A stretch of DNA of 64,000 nt from an uncultured Collinsella sp. (lineage in GTDB: Bacteria; Actinomycetota; Coriobacteriia; Coriobacteriales; Coriobacteriaceae). Numbering within the stretch: position 1 is the first letter of the stretch; each line of letters begins with the position of its first letter. A model generated the notes under the pieces. It was given only the letters and a program-made list of their open reading frames with translations. It made no database searches and was not told where the DNA came from. The translations under genes were made by a program, and so were the position numbers. Location of the stretch: contig CABVDE010000002.1 in NCBI GenBank assembly GCA_902496945.1, positions 6,525 through 70,524 on the forward strand, read 5' to 3'. Shown here in pieces: positions 58,264 through 64,000 of this stretch.

Positions 58264-61014
58264 CTATTTCGCGTCGGCCCAGGTTATGCCGGTGCTGGCT
58301 TCGGCGATTAGGGGGACGCGTAGGTCTACTACATGTTCCATGACGTCGCGGACCATGGCGGTGAGGCGCTCGACTTCGTTGATGGGGCACTCAAAGTCCA
58401 GTTCGTCGTGTACTTGCAAGATCATGTGGGCGGCAAAGCCCTCTTCTTCCAGGCGGCGGCTTACGCGGGCCATCGCGATCTTGATGATGTCTGCTGCAGT
58501 TCCCTGCATGGGGTGGTTCATGGCCGTGCGCTCGCCAAAGCCACGGAGCTGCGGGTTTTTGGCCTTGAGCTCCGGAATGTGACGGCGGCGACCGTACATG
58601 GTCTCGGCATAGCCCGTCTGCTTGGCACGCGCCACCACGTTGTCCAGGAACGTGCGCACGCCCGGGTAGGCCTCGTAGTAGCGGTCGATCATATCGCGCG
58701 CCTCGGCCATCGAGATGTGCAGCGACTGCGACAGACCGTAGGCCTGCTGGCCGTACACGATGCCAAAGTTCACGGCCTTGGCGCGACTGCGTAGGTCGGG
58801 CGTCACCTCGGACACGAGAACGCCAAACACGCGCGCGGCCGTCTCGGCATGAAAGTCCTCACCCTCGTTAAAGGCGCGCACCAGATGCTCGTCACCCGAG
58901 AGATGCGCGAGCAGCCGTAGCTCGATCTGCGAGTAGTCCACGGCCAAAAATACGCTGCCCTCGCCTGCCGAGAACGCCGTCTTGACGGTACGGCCCAGCT
59001 CGGAGCGCGTCGGGATGTTCTGCAGGTTGGGATCGCTCGAGGACAGACGCCCCGTTGCGGTAATGGTCTGGTTATACGTGGTGTGCACGCGGCCGTCGCC
59101 TCGACGCAGCGGGCCCAACGTGTCCAGATAGGTGGACTTGATCTTGGACTTTTCGCGCCAGTCCAGAATCAGACGCACGATCTCGTGGTCGCGGGCGAGG
59201 TCGCTCAGCACCTTGGCGTTGGTCGAATAATAACCGCGCTTGGTCTTTTTGAGGCCCTTGGTCGGAAGCGCCATCACATCAAAGAGCACGTGCGACAGCT
59301 GCATGGGGCTGCCGATGTTGAAGGTCTCGTCGCCGGCCAGGTCGCGAATGCTGCGCTCGACCTCGGCAATCTGGGTCGCCAGACCCTCGGACAGATCGCG
59401 CAGGCGGTCGGGGTCTACGAGCATGCCCGCGCGCTCCATCTTGGCAAGCACCGGAACAAGCGGCATCTCGATACCGTCAAACACGTTGGCGGCGTTCTCG
59501 CGGCCCATGCGGTCACGCAGTGGCGCCACGAGTGCCAGCGTCAGAGCGGCAGTTCGGACGGCAGGCGCTGGAGCGTCCTCACCAGCACCCTCTGCGCCGT
59601 GCACGGCAGGCAGCGTCATCTGCAGATACGTATCGGCCAGATATGCCTCATCGAACTCGGAGCGATCAGAATCCAGCAGATAGGCAGCGACCACGGTATC
59701 GAAGATGCGCGTGGAATCGGCAGCGAGCGGATCCATGAGCTCGGGCTCAGACGAATCGACAGGAGACAGCTCGTGCAACAGCGCCTTCATATCCGGGCTC
59801 GCCACGCGGCCCTCCATAAACAGACGCGCGAGCACGCCGGCAATCACGCCGTGAGCGAAGTTGAAGCCCTCAACCTCAGCCGCTGCACCGCCGTCGGACT
59901 CCTCGAGCGCAAACAGGCCCTTGGACGTCGCCAGCCACAGCGTGCGCGTCAGGCCAAAGAGCGCGCCCTCTTCTTTGTCGTCGTCAACCACGGCGGCAAT
60001 CCACTCGCCCGCCTCGATGGCGCGACCAACCTCGGCAGCCGCGACAGCAAGCGCCTCGGCATCACCGGAAGCGGCACGCACAACCGCTGGCATCTCAAAC
60101 ACGCTGGCGGAAGCCGCGGCGCCGTCCTCGCCGCCAATCAGCGCCAAGAAACGATTCTGCATGGCGGTAATGCCAAGCGTGCCCAGCGCCGCAGACACCT
60201 CATCGGCAGAAAACGCCGGGAAGGACGTCGCCTCAAAGTCGAGCTCGACGGGCGCATCGGTGCGAATGGTCGCGACCTTGCGGCTCAGCAGCGCGTCGTC
60301 GATGTGCGCGCGCAGGTTCTCACCCATCTTGCCCTTGATCTCGTCGGCATGCGCGATGACCTCGTCCAGGCTACCGTACTGCGCGATAAGCGCACTCGCC
60401 TTTTTAGGGCCGATGCCCGGCACGCCGGGAATGTTGTCGGACGTGTCTCCCTTCAGACCGTAAAAATCGGGCACGAGCGCCGGCGTGATGCCGTGATACA
60501 GGTCGTCCACGCTCTCGGGCGTCATGATCGCCACGTCGGACAAGCCCTTGCGGGTCGAGACCACATTGACGTGCTCGGTCACGAGCTGATACATGTCGCG
60601 GTCGCCGGTCACCAGCAGCATGTCGCAGCCGGCCTCCTCGCCCAAGCGCGCCATAGTGCCCAGGATATCGTCGCCTTCCCAGCCCTCGGACTGCAGAATC
60701 GGCACGTTGAGCGCGCCGAGCAGCTCCTTGATCATGGGGAACTGCGCGTGCAGATCGGGATCCATGGGAGGACGTTGCGCCTTGTACTGCGGCAGCATCT
60801 CCATGCGCACGCGCGGCTTGCCCTTGTCAAACGCCACGACGACGCCGTCGGGATTAAAGGCGTCGATCATCTTGAGGAACATATTCAGAAAGCCAAAGAT
60901 CGCATTGGTGGGGCGACCGTCCGGCGCGTTCATGGTCGGCGGCACGGCATGGAAGGCGCGGTGCATGAGCGAGTTGCCGTCGATAACGGCAAAGGTGCGG
61001 CGCTTGTCAGACAT
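58264..61014 (-). CDS. polA: DNA polymerase I
   Basis: 5'-3' exonuclease IDGNSL..RAFHA and GDTSDNIPGVPGIGPK; polymerase TGRLSSSDPNLQNIP, DYSQIELR, KAVNFGIVYG, QVHDEL. Confidence 0.97.
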   Translation of the reverse strand: MSDKRRTFAVIDGNSLMHRAFHAVPPTMNAPDGRPTNAIFGFLNMFLKMIDAFNPDGVVVAFDKGKPRVRMEMLPQYKAQRPPMDPDLHAQFPMIKELLGALNVPILQSEGWEGDDILGTMARLGEEAGCDMLLVTGDRDMYQLVTEHVNVVSTRKGLSDVAIMTPESVDDLYHGITPALVPDFYGLKGDTSDNIPGVPGIGPKKASALIAQYGSLDEVIAHADEIKGKMGENLRAHIDDALLSRKVATIRTDAPVELDFEATSFPAFSADEVSAALGTLGITAMQNRFLALIGGEDGAAASASVFEMPAVVRAASGDAEALAVAAAEVGRAIEAGEWIAAVVDDDKEEGALFGLTRTLWLATSKGLFALEESDGGAAAEVEGFNFAHGVIAGVLARLFMEGRVASPDMKALLHELSPVDSSEPELMDPLAADSTRIFDTVVAAYLLDSDRSEFDEAYLADTYLQMTLPAVHGAEGAGEDAPAPAVRTAALTLALVAPLRDRMGRENAANVFDGIEMPLVPVLAKMERAGMLVDPDRLRDLSEGLATQIAEVERSIRDLAGDETFNIGSPMQLSHVLFDVMALPTKGLKKTKRGYYSTNAKVLSDLARDHEIVRLILDWREKSKIKSTYLDTLGPLRRGDGRVHTTYNQTITATGRLSSSDPNLQNIPTRSELGRTVKTAFSAGEGSVFLAVDYSQIELRLLAHLSGDEHLVRAFNEGEDFHAETAARVFGVLVSEVTPDLRSRAKAVNFGIVYGQQAYGLSQSLHISMAEARDMIDRYYEAYPGVRTFLDNVVARAKQTGYAETMYGRRRHIPELKAKNPQLRGFGERTAMNHPMQGTAADIIKIAMARVSRRLEEEGFAAHMILQVHDELDFECPINEVERLTAMVRDVMEHVVDLRVPLIAEASTGITWADAK

Positions 61015-61180
61015 ATTGAATACCTCGCTTTGGGCTGGGCACGGTTTGCTCACACCAGTGTACACGCTCCCCGCCCCGCGGCCACCGCACATCAGGCTCC
61101 CCTGCCGCCGCGGGCCCGCGCGTGATACGATGGCTCACGGTACATCAACCAGCACGATCGATCCGAAAGGAGCCTGCGTC

Positions 61181-62578
61181 ATGGAGCGTCCCTGCGCATG
61201 GAAAAAGTACACGCCACAGCAAATCGAGGAGCTCGAGGAGCTTTGCCGCGGCTATAAGCAGTTTTTGAGTGAGAACAAGACCGAGCGCCTGTGCGTCAAG
61301 ACCGGTATCAAGATGGCCGAGGAGGCGGGCTACGTCAATCTGGAGACCGTGATCGCCGAGGGCCGCGCGCTCAAGGCCGGCGACAAGGTGTACGCCGCCA
61401 ATCACGGCAAGGACCTCATGCTCGTCAACCTGGGCACCGCCCCGCTCGAGCAGGGTTTTAACATCCTGGGCGCCCACGTGGACTCGCCGCGCCTGGACCT
61501 CAAGCAGAACCCCGCCTTCGAGGCAGGCGACATGGCCTACCTCGACACGCACTACTACGGCGGCGTCAAGAGCTACCACTGGGTGGCCTCCCCGCTCGCG
61601 CTCGTGGGCGTCATCTGCAAAAAGGACGGCACCTCCGTCGACATCAACATCGGCGACAAGGCCGATGACCCGGTCTTTACCATTTCCGACCTGCTGATCC
61701 ACCTCTCGAGTGAGCAGATGGCCAAGCCCGCCAAGGACGCCGTCGACGCCGAAATCCTCGACGTGATCGTGGGCGGCCGTCCCGTCAAGTTCGATGAGGA
61801 CGACAAGGACGCCCCCAAGGACCCCGTCAAGCAGATGTTCCTGGACATTCTCAAGGAACAGTACGACGTCGAGGAGGAGGACTTCCTCTCCGCCGAGATC
61901 GAGGTCGTGCCCGCCGGCCCCGCCCGCGACATGGGCCTCGACCGCTCCATGATCTTGGGCTATGGCCACGACGACCGCGTGTGCGCCTATCCGTCCATGC
62001 TCGCCCAAATCGATGTCGCCGACGTGGAGCGTACGAGCATCACCCTCATCGTCGACAAGGAGGAGATCGGCTCCGTGGGCGCCACCGGTATGACGAGCCG
62101 CTTCTTTGAGAACACCGTCGCCGAGATCATGATGCTCGCCGGCGAGGACAGCCCGCTGGCCCTGCGCCGCGCGCTCGCCCGCAGCCGCATGCTCTCCTCC
62201 GACGTATCCGCCGGCTTCGACCCGGGCTACGCCGGCAAGTTCGAGACCAAGAACGCCGCCTTCATGGGTCGCGGCCTGTGCTTTAACAAGTACACGGGCA
62301 GCCGCGGCAAGGGCGGTTCCAACGACGCCGACGCCGAGTACATGGCCCTTATCCGCGACATCATGGACGAGGCCGGCGTGGACTTCCAGACCTGCGAGCT
62401 CGGTCGCGTCAACGCTGGTGGCGGCGGCACCATCGCCTACATCATGGCCGAGTACGGCATGAACGTCATCGACTCCGGCGTTCCCGTCCTGTCCATGCAC
62501 GCCCTGTGGGAGGTCGCCAACAAGGCCGATATCTACGAGGCCTATCGCGGATACAAGGCCTTCATCGAGCGCGCCTAA
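61181..62578 (+). CDS. M18 family aminopeptidase
   Basis: GAHVDSPRLDLK, THYYGG, GHDDRVC, DKEEIGS, SSDV, LSMH. Confidence 0.9.
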   Translation: MERPCAWKKYTPQQIEELEELCRGYKQFLSENKTERLCVKTGIKMAEEAGYVNLETVIAEGRALKAGDKVYAANHGKDLMLVNLGTAPLEQGFNILGAHVDSPRLDLKQNPAFEAGDMAYLDTHYYGGVKSYHWVASPLALVGVICKKDGTSVDINIGDKADDPVFTISDLLIHLSSEQMAKPAKDAVDAEILDVIVGGRPVKFDEDDKDAPKDPVKQMFLDILKEQYDVEEEDFLSAEIEVVPAGPARDMGLDRSMILGYGHDDRVCAYPSMLAQIDVADVERTSITLIVDKEEIGSVGATGMTSRFFENTVAEIMMLAGEDSPLALRRALARSRMLSSDVSAGFDPGYAGKFETKNAAFMGRGLCFNKYTGSRGKGGSNDADAEYMALIRDIMDEAGVDFQTCELGRVNAGGGGTIAYIMAEYGMNVIDSGVPVLSMHALWEVANKADIYEAYRGYKAFIERA

Positions 62579-62593
62579 TCCACCCCACCCATA

Positions 62594-62660
62594 ACTTGCG
62601 GTGAAATAGTTCCCAAATTCGCCCGTAAACAGGCCAAACAGGAACTATTCCACCGCAGCT
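62594..62660. repeat. 67-bp palindromic intergenic repeat, copy 3
   Basis: ACTTGCGGTGAAATAGTTCC..AAACAGGAACTATTCCACCGCAGCT. Confidence 0.85.
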
Positions 62661-62681
62661 TTTTAGCGGGAGGAAGATTTC

Positions 62682-63491
62682 ATGCTGCAGGTCATCATTT
62701 CGCCCGCCAAACAGATGCGGGTCACCCAAGACGCCTTTAGCGTTCAAGGCATACCGCCTTTTGCGCATCACACGGCCCAGCTCCACCGAGCTCTGCTGAA
62801 CATCGAGCATGATTATGGAGCGGGCGATCTACAGACCCTTTGGAACGTAAGCGACAAACTGCTCGCATCGTGCTTGGACACGCTCCATCAATTTGCGCCC
62901 GTCTTGCGCGAAGCTGACCTCGCCGATTTCGACATCGCGCGCCGCATCTCCCCTGCCGTCATGTCCTATCACGGCATTCAGTACCAGAGCATGGCTCCCG
63001 AGGTTATGGATGACGAGCAACTCACCTGGTTGCAAAACCATCTTTGGATTCTCTCCGGATTGTACGGATGCGTGCGACCTTTCCATGGCGTTGAGCCCTA
63101 TCGGCTCGAAATGGGAGCCAAACTCGCCGTCGACAACGCCCGCGACCTCTACAGCTTTTGGGACGACAAGCTTGCATGCACCATTGCGCCGTCAGGCTCC
63201 AACACCACAGTCATCAACCTCGCCAGTGTGGAGTACGCCAAAGCCGTTCTGCCCCGCCTCGCCACCGACGCCACAACCGTCACCTGTCTCTTTGGCGAAG
63301 GCATCCGTAACGGCAAGCCCATCCAGCGATCGACTGCCAGCAAAAAGGCGCGCGGCTCCATGGTCCGTTGGATGGCAGAAAACAACGTCGAGGACGCCAG
63401 CCGTCTTAGCGAGTTCGACATCGGCTACCGCCACGTCCCCGAGCTCTCATCCCCAGACACTCTCGTGTTCATCAACGAACAGATACTCTAG
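62682..63491 (+). CDS. yaaA: YaaA/UPF0246 peroxide stress protein
   Basis: IISPAK, ILSGLYG, PYRLEMG, INLASVEY, SKKARG. Confidence 0.9.
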   Translation: MLQVIISPAKQMRVTQDAFSVQGIPPFAHHTAQLHRALLNIEHDYGAGDLQTLWNVSDKLLASCLDTLHQFAPVLREADLADFDIARRISPAVMSYHGIQYQSMAPEVMDDEQLTWLQNHLWILSGLYGCVRPFHGVEPYRLEMGAKLAVDNARDLYSFWDDKLACTIAPSGSNTTVINLASVEYAKAVLPRLATDATTVTCLFGEGIRNGKPIQRSTASKKARGSMVRWMAENNVEDASRLSEFDIGYRHVPELSSPDTLVFINEQIL

Positions 63492-63532
63492 AGCCGGCAC
63501 CCGATACTGACCCGCTCAGCCACCTCTATACA

Positions 63533-63599
63533 ACTTGCGGTGGAATAGTTCCCAATTAAGCCTTCAAACAGACCAAACAGGAACTATTTCACCGCAACT
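63533..63599. repeat. 67-bp palindromic intergenic repeat, copy 4
   Basis: ACTTGCGGTGGAATAGTTCC..AAACAGGAACTATTTCACCGCAACT. Confidence 0.85.
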
Positions 63600-63762
63600 T
63601 TTTTTGAATGCGCTGCCCATGCACGGTGCCTATTCTGCAAGGCCGGCAGCCCGTCCCATTGCGTCTCTCGATATAGATGCTTGTCTTCCATGTTCGCCTC
63701 CCCACAGGCACGCTCGTAGGGCCAATCATACCCATTCAAGCTATACTTGAGCCCATTACATA

Positions 63763-63858
63763 AACGGGGAGCTTGCAGGACAAGACGGTAGGCTGAGACT
63801 GGGCGCGCCCGCCCTGACCCGCAAACCTGATATGGGTAATGCCAACGAAGGGAGCCGT
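63763..63858 (+). promoter_or_regulatory. TPP riboswitch
   Basis: GGGG..GGCTGAGA..GACCC..ACCTGAT.TGGGTAATGCCAACGAAGGGA directly before thiC. Confidence 0.92.
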
Positions 63859-63862
63859 GCCA

Positions 63863-64000
63863 ATGAGCACACAGACCGAGCCTAAGCTCGTCACGCAAAT
63901 CGACTTTGCCCGCGCCGGGCAGATCACACCGCAGATGAAGGAAGTCGCTGAGCGCGAGCATCGCGACCCCGAGTACATCCGCGAACGCGTGGCCGACGGC
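63863..64000 (+). CDS. thiC: Phosphomethylpyrimidine synthase, 5' part (runs off the window)
   Basis: MSTQTEPKLVTQIDFARAGQITPQMKEVAERE..IRERVADG is a ThiC-type N-terminus behind a TPP riboswitch. Confidence 0.85.
   Translation, partial: MSTQTEPKLVTQIDFARAGQITPQMKEVAEREHRDPEYIRERVADG

Noticed and set aside
63584..63691. Short minus-strand ORF MEDKHLYRETQWDG.. behind GGAGG
   Set aside because: Only 35 aa, ends inside a 67-bp repeat, no recognisable homology; cannot be supported

Overview
A high-GC, mostly core-genome window. Gene content and style point to Coriobacteriia, probably Collinsella-like (inference). Housekeeping genes include folC, valS, clpX/clpP/tig, gdhA, xpt, metY, rnpB, rpsA, trpS, rpiB, ndk, argG/argH, polA and the start of thiC behind a TPP riboswitch, plus three standard tRNAs (Leu, Gly, Pro). 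A ~20 kb selenium/molybdenum block holds an XdhD/YgfM-like molybdoenzyme, selA-selB-selC (tRNA-Sec), a SufS-like lyase, DUF3343, yedF, a UGA-recoded selD, modABC, mog and moeA. A mosaic accessory stretch at ~41.9-50.4 kb carries a mef-like efflux gene, an SPFH/Arc pair, XRE-membrane paralogs and gene remnants. The most notable signals absent from the ORF track are: (1) a 24-aa Arg-rich leader ORF ending CGA-CGA-CGA-TAA ahead of argG, a candidate arginine-sensing ribosomal attenuator; (2) an MLASMRIWL leader ahead of the mef-like pump; (3) several intergenic palindromic repeat families, one with a conserved core but copy-specific arms and a strand-biased C-to-T-like codon skew in adjacent genes; (4) a tRNA-Sec with C33 and a G-A pair in the acceptor stem; (5) an in-frame TAG splitting trpS; (6) a dehydratase-activase remnant next to selD. 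All calls come from reading the sequence; no database searches were run.
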